Shown: positions 52,757-64,000 of the stretch, in pieces
Position numbering within the stretch: position 1 is the first letter of the stretch
How the letters are laid out: each line of letters starts with the position of its first letter
Notes under the pieces: model-generated
The model's input: only the letters and a program-made list of their open reading frames with translations
What the model was told of the DNA's origin: nothing
Databases searched by the model: none
From: Eledone cirrhosa
Lineage: Eukaryota
Assembly: GCA_964016885.1 (NCBI GenBank)
Contig: OZ024756.1
Location: 22,940,001 to 23,004,000, forward strand
Direction of reading: 5' to 3'
DNA: 64,000 nt
Made by a program: the position numbers and the translations under genes

Positions 52757-54420
52757 GGTCATGGTTGTAGCGCCTTTTATCAGAGAGCTCGAGTCAGTTG
52801 ACCCACATTTTTAGCTCATGGTTGCAGCACCTTTTGTCAGAGATCTCGGTTCAGTTGTCCCACAGGGGTTAAAACAGCAACTAATACACCCTTCATCGTA
52901 AGCCATGGTTGCAGCACCTTTTGTCAGGGATCTCGCGTCAGTTGACCAACATGTGTTAAAACAGCAACTAATACACCCTTCATCGTAAGCCATGGTTGCA
53001 GCACCTTTTGTCAGGGATCTCGCGTCAGTTGACCAACATGTGTTAAAACAGCAACTAATACACCCTTCATCGTAAGCCATGGTTGCAGCACCTTTTGTCA
53101 GGGATCTCGCGTCAGTTGACCAACATGTGTTAAAACAGCAACTAATACACCCTTCATCGTAAGCCATGGTTGCAGCACCTTTTGTCAGGGATCTCGCGTC
53201 AGTTGACCAACATGTGTTAAAACAGCAACTAATACACCCTTCATCTTAAGCCATGGTTGCTGCAACTTTTGTCAGGGATCTCGCGTCAGTTGACCAACAT
53301 GTGTTAAAACAGCAACTAATACACCCTTCATCTTAAGCCATGGTTGCTGCAACTTTTGTCAGGGATCTCGCGTCAGTTGACCAACATGTGTTAAAACAGC
53401 AACTAATACACCCTTCATCTTAAGCCATGGTTGCTGCAACTTTTGTCAGAGATCTCGCGTCAGTTGACCAACATGTGTTAAAACAGCAACTAATACACCC
53501 TTCATCGTAAGCCATGGTTGCAGCACCTTTTGTCAGGGATCTCGCGTCAGTTGACCAACATGTGTTAAAAAAGCAACTAATACACCCTTCATCTTAAGCC
53601 ATGGTTGCTGCAACTTTTGTTAGGGATCTCGCGTCAGTTGACCAACATGTGTTAAAACAGCAACTAATACACCCTTCATCTTAAGCCATGGTTGCAGCAC
53701 CTTTTGTCAGGGATCTCGCGTCAGTTGACCAACATGTGTTAAGACAGCAACTAATACACCCTTCATCTTAAGCCATGGTTGCTGCAACTTTTGTCAGGGA
53801 TCTCGCGTCAGTTGACCAACATGTGTTAAAACAGCAACTAATACACCCTTCATCGTAAGCCATGGTTGCAGCACCTTTTGTCAGGGATCTCGCGTCAGTT
53901 GACCAACATGTGTTAAAACAGCAACTAATACACCCTTCATCGTAAGTCATGGTTGCAGCACCTTTTGTCAGGGATCTCGCGTCAGTTGACCAACATGTGT
54001 TAAAACAGCAACTAATACACCCTTCATCGTAAGCCATGGTTGCAGCACCTTTTGTCAGGGATCTCGCGTCAGTTGACCAACATGTGTTAAAACAGCAACT
54101 AATACACCCTTCATCGTAAGTCATGGTTGCAGCACCTTTTGTCAGGGATCTCGCGTCAGTTGACCAACATGTGTTAAAACAGCAACTAATACACCCTTCA
54201 TCTTAAGCCATGGTTGCTGCAACTTTTATCAGAGATCTCGGATCAGTTGACCCATATGGGTTAAAACAGCTACTACACCCTTCATTTTTAGGTCATGGTT
54301 GCAGCACCTTTTATCAGAGATCTTGGGTCAGTTGACCCACATGGGGTACAACAGCAGCAGCAACAACAACACCCTTCATCTTTTGGTTATGGTTGCAAAA
54401 CCTTTTATAAGAGATCTCGG
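52757..54420. repeat. 87-bp tandem array, ~19 copies
   Basis: Unit gccatggttgcagcaccttttgtcagggatctcgcgtcagttgaccaacatgtgttaaaacagcaactaatacacccttcatcgtaa. Confidence 0.95.
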
Positions 54421-54601
54421 AGCTGTTGGGTGAATGTCGACACAGTGTAAAAAAAACCCACCCATCATCTTTATTATGTAACTATTTAATTATCGCCCAT
54501 ACATGGATCTATTGTGGTTTTACCTCCCCCAGGAGAAGTGACTGTTTCTGAACATGCGTATTCGTACATTTGTTTTTCCTTTTCCGTACAATTTCATTTA
54601 G

Positions 54602-54644
54602 ACCCAGCTGATGATCCGAATAAGGTGAAACAATTGTTCTCGGT
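54602..54644 (+). ncRNA. Minimal type I hammerhead ribozyme motif with palindromic stem III
   Basis: acccag-CTGATGA-tccgaataaggt-GAAA-caatt-GTT-ctcggt; stem III ACAATTGT self-complementary; ~28 nt from (TA)n. Confidence 0.7.
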
Positions 54645-54668
54645 ATGGTGAACTAACTGTTGTGGAAC

Positions 54669-54707
<39 letters not shown>

Positions 54708-54714
<7 letters not shown>

Positions 54715-54897
54715 TTTTACTTTTAGCACAAGGCCAGCAATTACCCAGTGTATTACTGGTACTTTATTTTAACGATCTCGTAAGGATGAAAGGCAAAGTT
54801 AACCTCGTCGAGATTTGAACTCATAATGGCAAGGGCCGTAACTCTATGCGTCAAAGCATGGTGTCCGACTCTCTACCGATACTGCCAGTCCACCGCC
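54708..54897 (-). mobile_element. SINE family A, full length
   Basis: Reverse complement of family consensus. Confidence 0.9.
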
Positions 54898-55858
54898 TTT
54901 TATATATATATAATGGTAACTAAGTTGTATATACAAAAAGCAAAACACTATTAAAGGGAAGAAAAGAGAGAAATAAAAAGGAAAGAAAAAAGGAATTAAA
55001 CAATGAAAAGTAGAGGGCTGACAGACATTACACCGGGTCTGAGTTGTGTTTCAGTTGTGCGCCGCGCAAAGATGGCAAAGACGTTAACCATGGAGAATGG
55101 CCAGAGACACCTGCTGAAATAGCCACCCCACCTCGGTTCTAATAAAATAAAGCTAAAATCCAACTGTGACCATCTCATTGATTTGTTTTGTTTCGCGATT
55201 TTCTTTACTATATATATTAGGGACTGATTAAATTACTAAGTGTATCATCTCATAGCTAAGACAATGATATTCGAGGAAGATTTGGCTACTCTTTACACCG
55301 GATTATCTTATATCTAAGTCAGTGATATTCGAGGGAGATTCGGCTACTCTTTACACCGGATCGATAGGCCAAGTCTAGGTTATCTTATTGACAATATTAT
55401 CGATCCAAGCCCTAGGAGGACTAGATAAAATGCCAGCTCCTGTGAGATTTAAATTCAGAATGTATAGGTTAAATTTGGTTAACAAATTTACAAGCGTTGT
55501 AGGAACACCCCAAACTATGGAATACTCACTTGCAGATGTTCAGGCCAAGATATAGTTAATAATAACCAAAAAAAAAGAATTTAAATGCCTAAGTAATAGA
55601 ATTTATTCAGTGAAATAAATGAAGCGTGCTTTGAGAAATTTTGTGAGATTTTGGGATGGTTAAAATGGAAAATGGTTTATATATTAAGCTCAAATGTTTA
55701 ATTAAACAAGTAAAGAGATTTAAATGTTTCTTCTGCATAGAAGCACACCAGATCTGAAGTTATCCTGGTTTTATCTAACGCTACTGACTGAGTGTACAAT
55801 ATTTCATTCCAGCCTGGATTAGACACTAGTTTCTCAAATTATTATCCCCCAACGCTGA

Positions 55859-56062
55859 GGGCGGTGGATTGGCAGTATCGGAAAACAAGCTTTGTGGCAT
55901 ATAATTACAGCCTTTTCTGTTCTAATTTCAAAACCCGCCAAGGTTAACTTAGCCTTTCATCCTTACGGGGTCGATAAAATAAAGTACCAGTAACGCACTG
56001 AGGTCGATTTAATCGACGTTCCCCTCCCCAAAAGTTATTTGCCTTGTGCCTAAATCAGAACA
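55859..56062 (+). mobile_element. SINE family A (insert-bearing subtype), diverged
   Basis: ggcggtggattggcagtatcgg...gcctttcatccttacggggtcgataaaataaagtaccag. Confidence 0.85.
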
Positions 56063-56984
56063 TATTAATCCCCAGCTACTGTTGGCACAAATTCTTTAGA
56101 GCTCAGTAGAATGAAACAACAAGTAATGATGTCTTGTTCATGAATACAACACGTCCGCCATTCCAGATGTCGGAAGCGAAAATATGACCTTACAATCGTC
56201 ATACCAATACCTTAACCCTTAGGAAACACACCTTCACTACAGATTAAATATTTCTCGAGCTTAGAGGCTCATAATGCTGGAGCTTATCTTAGAATAAATA
56301 CTTTTAAAAAAAACGGAAACCCGACAAGAGATGATGCAACAAAACGTTTGCAGGACACTGTCCTCTCATCCATATTATCTGTAACGCCCTACATTACTGC
56401 AAACACACTCATACATATTGCTGTCTCAGAAATTATATATAATATAATAGCACAATAGAATCTGAGCAAATTTATAGTTTCGTGGCGCTAACTTAACTAG
56501 TAATATATAAGATTATACGAAAAGTTAAATGATTTTAATGGCTTGATAAATTAGGATTGAACGTAAGTACAGTGTGGTCGCAGGGAGAAATACCGTTTGT
56601 CATGGGTTTATTCGATCGCCAATACAACACGTAGTACTTAATTCATTAACGTGGTTGAGCTTAGACACAGTCAGGTTTGAATTCAGAAATCAACATCGGA
56701 AGACTGATAAAAACAACAGCATAACTTATTACTCAAAACCTCAAAATATCTATTTCTGTTACTGTAAATAGTAGCTCACAACTTTGAACGAAGTTTCGCA
56801 CTTAAACGTAGCGATCTACTATCGCCATTTCCTAATCCCTATTCATTGCAAGTTGTGAAACTTAACCAAATTTAAGGCTACCTCTGGTTATATTTGTGTA
56901 TGTCAAATGGTGCACCGCAGTACATATATTCTCCACACGTTGTATCTACGTGCACCATGGTTCTTTATGTATGATTGAAATCTT

Positions 56985-57336
56985 TCAAGACGTTCAGGTA
57001 TTAATATAGAGATGGTTTCTTCTGACAGGATCCGCTGGAAGGAGTGTTTGAAGGTTCTGACTCCACAATGACCCTCTCGGGAATAAGTGGGCAAATAGGA
57101 AGAACAACAACAATAATATAAATACTTTTCAAACACTCCTTCCAGCGGATCCTGACAAAAACAACCGTCTCTATATTAATACCTGAACGTCTTGAATAAA
57201 GTTATTTATGTAGTTGTTGCTCTTCTTTGCCCTCGTATACCTGGGAGAGTCGTGGCGTGTAGAATCCTCAAACAGTCCTTCCAGCGGGTCATGTCAGAAG
57301 CAGCCGTTTCCATATTAATTCTTGAACGCCTTGAAA
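56985..57336. repeat. Three-armed inverted/direct repeat
   Basis: 56985-57052 is inverted at ~57129-57196 and again, more diverged, at ~57269-57336. Confidence 0.75.
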
Positions 57337-57363
57337 AACGTTATTTATGTTGTTATTTATGAT

Positions 57364-57500
57364 TAATTGTTTCTACTTTTGGCACAAGGCCAGCAAATTA
57401 CCCAGTACATGACTGGTACTTTATTTTATCGACCCCGTAAGGATGAAAGGCAAAGTTAACCTCGGCAGGATTTGAACTCAGAATGGCAAGGGCCGTAACT
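57364..57500 (-). mobile_element. SINE family A, 5'-truncated
   Basis: Reverse complement of family consensus. Confidence 0.88.
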
Positions 57501-57788
57501 CCAAACAAGGTAAGCAACAAATGTTTTCTAAATGTTTACTTGAAACGTAGTATATTTTAAACTCTTCTCGTGATCTACATCAGTATGTTTTTTTATCAAC
57601 AGTAGAAACATATTTGAAAGAATAAGAACCACATCGCGGAAATAGATTTTAAAAAAATCTGAAGTGAATAAAATCGACTCCAATAAATGACTGGTATATA
57701 TTTTATCTGTCTCAGGTTTTCCACTCAGAACAAATGTATTTAGTTTACGTCAATAACGGGTTTGTCACTATATATATCGTAGTACAAG

Positions 57789-57950
57789 GCGCCGAATTGC
57801 CAGAATCGTTAGATCATCGGACAGAGTGCTTTGCGGCATTCATTTCAGCTCTCTGTTCTCTGAGTTCAAATGGCACAAAGATCAACTTTGTCTTTCATTC
57901 ATTCGATGTCGATAAAAAAAAGTACCCGTCTCGTCTATACTGAGGTCGAT
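57789..57950 (+). mobile_element. Old diverged SINE family A-like copy
   Basis: ggcgccgaattgccagaatcgttag...ctgagttcaaat...ctttcattcattcgatgtcgataaaaaaaagtacc. Confidence 0.65.
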
Positions 57951-58711
57951 TCTTCCTCTCTTTCTCATACACACACACACACACTTTCTATCCTTCTCTG
58001 GAAGAAATCAGCCGTACTGAGGCCTGGCGAGGAGATGGTGTCCATCTAGTCATAAAACGCTCAAGAAACGTTGTATACCACTACGGCACACCTACGACTC
58101 CATCAGGACTTATGGGACCATACCATACCATACCATTCCAGGATTTTGTTGATCAACATTTTATTGATTTCACAGTCTTTAGAAATCATTCAATCCTTTA
58201 TAAAATGGTTTATATACAACAACAACCCTGATAGATCATTTGGTGTATAAGTCTTTTAGAAAGTGTAGACTATCAAATAAATAACAGTGACCCAAATACG
58301 AAGTCTTCGACCGATAAAATAAGCTGACTTGATAATTAATTTCTCAAATTAATTCCGTGTCGATACTTTATTTTCGTTAAATTATAAAAAAAAAAATAAT
58401 CGATAAACACCCCCACCCTCTCTCTCTCTCTTTCACTTAGACATTTTTTGGCACGATTTCTCCTGCTCTGTTTAATTCGATATTTCATGACTCACACTCC
58501 CTCACCTCCTCCCTTCCACAGTTACTGATCATCAAATGTCAAAGTATTACGAATGCTTTCTCGTTCATCTCTTTCATTATGCTGAGGTTTATTAGATTTA
58601 TAATAGCCTGAAGTGTTAATTGGACAAACAGCGTGTATGGAGGATAGCTATAAATAGACAGACACGAGGTGGTGACTGGGTAGATAGAGAGGCAGACAGT
58701 GTGTAGTAGTT

Positions 58712-58933
58712 GATTGGCTAGACAGATGTAGTGTATAGATGGTGATTGGCTAGACAGATGTAGTGTATAGATGGTGATTGGCTAGACAGATGTAGAGTAT
58801 AGATGGTGATTGGCTAGACAGATGTAGTGTATAGATGGTGATTGGCTGGACAAATGTAGTGTATAGATGGTGATTGGCTAGACAGATGTAGTGTATAGAT
58901 GGTGATTGGCTAGACAGATGTAGTGTATAGATG
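58712..58933. repeat. 32-bp minisatellite, ~7 copies
   Basis: Unit gattggctagacagatgtagtgtatagatggt. Confidence 0.9.
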
Positions 58934-59515
58934 ACTGGTAAAGCAGACAGTTGGTAGATGTTGACTGTATATATAGATACAGTGTGTAGATTTTGGCTGT
59001 ATATATAGACAGTGTGTAGATGATAGCTGTATATATAGACGCAGTGTGTGTAGATTTTGACGGAATGGATGCATCGAAAATAGAGTATAGGATGTTTAGT
59101 TAGTTACACTGTGTGTAGATAACCACTATACACACACATATATATATCGATAAATTACGTATAATTTTGATTGGTGGCACAGCCTGTAGCTGTAGGTTGA
59201 AATGATAGACACATAATTTAGCTTAACTGGCGAGATATGGCGACACAGCGAATAAATGGCGATTGGTTGAATGGACACACTGTTTAGATGGAGAATATAT
59301 AGACATACACAGTGTGTAGAGAGAGAGGAGGAGGGAGTGAGAGAGGAAGGCAGTGAGAGAGGAAGGGAGTGAGAGAGGGGGTAGATAGGGGAACGGGGGG
59401 TATATAGAGAGAGAGGGGGAGAGATAGGTATAGAGGGGGAGTGGGTGAGGTGAGTGGGTGAGAGAGATACATAGGGGAGGGGGAGGGGGAGAGTGAGTGA
59501 GGGAGTGAGAGGGAG

Positions 59516-59575
<60 letters not shown>

Positions 59576-59894
59576 GTGTGAATGACAAGTTTTTAAAAAA
59601 GTAGAGAATGAGACAAAAATAGTTGCAAACCTACACCTTTTCAACCTGAGACAGGAAAATATCGACAGCCATACAGAGATACATAAATAAAGAATATTAA
59701 TAAATTATCGATTATTTTTGTAACACATTGTACCTGAAAATATATGATTTGCTTTCTTTGATTTTAACCTTCAACAAGTCTTTCAGTTCTATGTTCATAT
59801 GGCGCCTCATTTCAAACGATTTATTGGTGTCCTTACATGTATTAGTAAATCGTTACATGAGGATATATGATCTCGGGTATTCTAAATTAACTTA

Positions 59895-60214
59895 CAGAGC
59901 CGGATTTAATGGGAGGCAAAGAGGGCAAATACTCCGCGTCTCCTTCAATGGGATGGGGGTGGGAGCCGAGTAATCAACGACGGCCGTAGCGATTTATTTT
60001 TGCCCTCAGCTGGGCTTTTTAGTTTTAGGAAGTTTGAAATTTTTTAATTTAATACCTGTATGTATAACTTTTTCAATTCCAATTACTTGTGCCAAGCTAC
60101 CTTTGATATGTAAACATTTGGGGAATTTGTTGTATAAAGTCATTTTTCGTGTATGAGGGGACCCCCTCCATACCTGAAGTGACCCGGGCTCTCCAATGTT
60201 TAAATCCAACCCTG
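59895..60214. mobile_element. Possible MITE (non-autonomous DNA transposon)
   Basis: Imperfect terminal inverted repeats cagagccggatttaa ... ttaaatccaaccctg; single copy in window, no clear TSD. Confidence 0.4.
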
Positions 60215-60414
60215 CATACCGGCAACCGAGCGATTCAGGGCGAGCGTTCGTAAATGCCTCAACGGAGCTAAATTGTATTCGGTGTCAATGCACGTGAATC
60301 ACATCGGCCAAGTACAACTATAAAAAAAAAATCTAAAGTGTGTCTCAAGTTAGGAGGTTCGTCAGGCCAGTGCTTGTCTCAGTTTCCATGGTTTTAAGCG
60401 ACTGAGAGTACAAG

Positions 60415-60740
60415 AGTATGAGTGTGTGTGAGTGTGTTTGAATATATGTGAATGAATGTGAGTGAATGTGAGTGAATGTGAGTGTGTGTGAGTGAATGAA
60501 TGTGAGTGTATGTGAGTGAATGTGAGTGAATGTGAGTGAATGTGAGTGAATGTGAGTGAATGTGAGTGTGTGTGAGTGAATGTGAGTGAATGTGAGTGTG
60601 CGTGGGTTTGTGTGAGTTTGTTTGAATATATGTGAGTGAATGTGAATGTGTGTGAGTTTGTTTGAGTGAATGTGAGTGTGTGTGAGTTTGTGTGAGTTTG
60701 TTTGCATATATGTGAGTGAATGTGAGTGTATGAGTGTGTG
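60415..60740. repeat. 10-bp (gtgagtgaat)n repeat
   Basis: Direct reading. Confidence 0.9.
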
Positions 60741-61002
60741 TTGGTGGAGAGAGAGACCGAAACAGACAGAGATAAAAAGAGAAAGATAGAGAGATAAAAA
60801 GAGAAAGATAGAGAGAGAACGTGACAAGTTTCAGGAGGAAACAGGAATGAAATAGAAGCAGATTTCACACGTTGTCAAAATAAGAAGAAATTAATCTCGA
60901 CAAATAGACAGATAGACAGATGCAAAACTAAAGAATAACAATAAATAATCGTTTATTCCTATTAAGCATTGTATCTGACAAATATATAATTTATTTACGT
61001 CA

Positions 61003-61186
61003 AGGTGGATTGGCAGTATCGGTAGAGGGTCGGACACCATGCTTTGACGCATATAGTAACGGCCCTTGCCATTCTGAGTTCAAATCTCGCCGAGGTTAAC
61101 TTTGCCTTTCATCCTTACAGGATCGATAAAATAAAAGTACCAGTAATGCACTGTGTAATTGCTGGCCTTGTGCCCAAAGTAGAAAC
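61003..61186 (+). mobile_element. SINE family A, near full length
   Basis: A box, B box, central domain and tail all present. Confidence 0.9.
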
Positions 61187-61379
61187 TATTTATATAGGGG
61201 CTAATTTCAAGCGATTGATGTGTATTATGACATATTTCAGCAATGAAGAGACCAATGGAAATATTGTTTCTTTGGACCAATTTAAGGCATTCCACCCCGT
61301 TCGGTAAGAGAATGACGTCTGGGATCTTGTTGATCGATCAATCGATAATATAACATGAATTATTATATTTACAATAGGA

Positions 61380-61598
61380 GGGCGGTGGATTGGCAGTATC
61401 GGTAGAGGGTCGGGTGCCATGCTTTGCAAGCATAGAGTTACACCCCTTTATGATCTGAGTTCAAATCCCGCTGAAGTTAACTTTGCCTTTCATCCTTACA
61501 GGGTCGATAAAATAAAGTACCAGTAACGAACCTGGGATCGATTTAATCGACTTTCCCCTCCCCCAAAATGGCTGGCCTTGTGCCTATATAAGAAACCA
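61380..61598 (+). mobile_element. SINE family A (insert-bearing subtype) with target-site duplication
   Basis: ttatatttacaatagga on both sides. Confidence 0.9.
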
Positions 61599-62204
61599 TT
61601 ATATTTACAATAGGATTGCTGTTATTATGGAAAGAAATCATGGCTCAATTGTTAAGAAGTTAGTTTCACAAATATGATCACAATGATCGATCACAATGGT
61701 TGACATATTTGGAAAATGTCTTTTGGTAGATGGAAATTGTATGCAAATGTGTGGAAAAAAAAAACGGTTAATACCCCCGCGGAACTAAAAGTGGACTAGG
61801 CGAAATTCTATATATAAGAACTGAAATGAACTGTCATGGGAACTGTGTATGGAGTCTCGTTGGTAGTTCAGAATTACACCTGGATGAATACCTCGGGTTT
61901 TACCCTCGTTTCATACAGATATACAAAACAGGCGTGTCACACCATTATAAAAGTAAGAATTTTAGGATGGAATAAACCTTTAATTCAAAAGTCCAGCCTT
62001 GTCATATCACACTTGATCGGTTTGGGGGTTACATTAAGGGAACACATCCACGTGGAGTGTCCAACGACTTATATGTTAATATATGAGTTGGACATTCGGC
62101 TGAACCAACACTTCAATGCTCATCGTCTATATCGATGAAGAACCTCTTGTTTCTATTCTACATTTACGTGACGGATTGTGTACTGTATATCGTTATCTTA
62201 ATAA

Positions 62205-62640
62205 TTATTTCTAGCATTAACACAAGTCTAGAAATTCGAAGGGAGGGGAAAGTCGGTTATATCTACCTCAGTACTGAACTGGTATTTTAATTTATAGACC
62301 CTTTAAGGATAAAAGGTGATGTTCACCTCGACGTGACTTGGACACAGGAGGAAGAAAAGTCGTAAATAAATACTGCAAAGCATCTTGTCCAACGCTCTAC
62401 CGACGCTACAAATCCACCATCCGTTGCCATTTTTATAATGGTTTCTGATTTAGCCACTTCAACAATTTTGGGGTGGGGAATGTCAACTAAATTGACCCCT
62501 GTGCGTTACTCGTGCTTTATATTATCGACCCCGTGAGGCAGAATAGCAAAGCTAACCCTGGCGGGATTAGAACTGAGAACGTAAAGGGATGTAACTATAT
62601 GTCGCAAAGCATGTTGCCGGACGCTCTACCGATCCACAGC
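62205..62640 (-). mobile_element. Two old diverged SINE family A-like copies in tandem
   Basis: tatagaccctttaaggataaaagg and tatcgaccccgtgaggcagaatagcaaag; both end cgctctaccga. Confidence 0.7.
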
Positions 62641-64000
62641 CATTTTTGCTATCTTATTAAGGATATAAACATGTAATATAGCGTAGCACTAGATAGATAT
62701 TGCCTGGAAAAAATAAATACCTTTGTTAAATAAAAACAAACACAACACAAACAAGCCTATTCTGGACCCCAAACGTGCTCCGTCCTCTCACTTTTATTTT
62801 CTGTTGGTACTAGAATAGTGCCTGCTTCTTGTAGCAAGTCAATCTCCTGTCACCTGCACAGAGGCTCTTCCAACTCATTTGTCTTTCCCCTTCTTATAAC
62901 TCATGTTACGGTCTCCTACACACAGGCCTTATAAAAATTGATCCAAAAGAGAAAACCCCATCAAATTGAAAATTAACAATTTGCGTACAAATCCGCTGAA
63001 GTCTATTTTGTATGGAATCCCTCGTAGGAGTGGGACTACAAAAATATAAAAACTCTTGGTGGTTTCTTAAACATTTTATTACCATTATTTCTAATGAAAA
63101 AAAAACACTGCCTATAATATTCAGATTATTTTGAAAATAATGAAGAATTTGGAAAGATTTAGTAGCATGTCTCATTATTACGGCGGTAACTTAACTAAGC
63201 TTCTTACATAGAATTATGTGGGAAGGATTTTAGATAATTGTAAACAGCTTAGAATAAACAGCTTATTATTTTAAAAGCGGGGCCGCTTTCATGCAATTTC
63301 GTATCAAAGGGTTAATATGGACAATTTCTGCAGCTGTTTATACAATTTCTGCAGCTGTTTAGCCAAGATCTTCAGCAATGTCATGAGGGTCATTTTCATT
63401 TTTGAAATTCATTAGAAAGGAAATAGCCGAGAGACGAAAATAAAAGTATTTCTGTTCATTTCGTATTATTGCAATTTCATCTATATGAAAATGTTATCGG
63501 TAATTCATAAAAAATAAAAATTCCTTATGAATATTTTTTCATTTTTTTTTTTTCCTCTATTATAGCGGTAAGATATTTTTGCCATTCCAATCAAACAGAA
63601 ATTCATCTTTTGAAATATTTATTTTAAAGAAATTGAATATGAACATATTTTAACGTGTTTATTTTTCATTTTTATTATACAATTTTTTTATTATATGTAT
63701 TTATATATTTATTTATTTATTTATTTATTGTAAAAAATATATTTCTAACAAATTGTATTTCGCAAGATGGATCTCTGGATCTCATTCCATTTTAATTGGG
63801 TTTAAATTAGATATATATTGTTGGTACGTAGTTTCATTTTTTTTATCTTTTCTCGTATCATCTTTTTAACTTTTCTCTTATCGTTTAGCTATCATAGCTA
63901 TATATCTAAGAATAAATTCTACAAAGTTGAATATATTCGTGAAACGTAAAGAAAAAGTGAAAAAGGACTACCCTTTCAGCGGTGAAGGTTTTGCTGGCGC

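Overview
Eukaryotic, very AT-rich, repeat-dense non-coding DNA. The repeat landscape suggests a cephalopod/octopus-type genome, but that is inference and cannot be confirmed here. I find no host protein-coding exon; nearly all long ORFs are translations of microsatellites or minisatellites. Recognisable content: (1) five 5'-truncated, same-orientation copies of a Tx1-like LINE, one with a disrupted RT domain, all inside (TATC)n-type tracts; (2) the C-terminal restriction-like endonuclease end of a CRE-type retrotransposon with an internal 79-bp quadruplication; (3) about 25 copies or fragments of one tRNA-derived SINE plus a second CORE/V-like SINE; (4) many tandem arrays (29, 32, 51/18, 64, 76, 79, 87, 126 bp). 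The strongest signal is a set of short (about 100-400 bp) inserts in (TA)n tracts that carry type I hammerhead ribozyme motifs (stem I-CUGANGA-stem II-GAAA-stem III-NUH-stem I'). Nine have intact cores, and there are further degenerate or half copies from several unrelated families. Many inserts are asymmetric fold-back palindromes, and two place an intact hammerhead on each strand. These resemble the ends of Penelope-like retroelements or retrozyme-like non-autonomous elements. All structures were read by eye; coordinates are approximate to a few nt.
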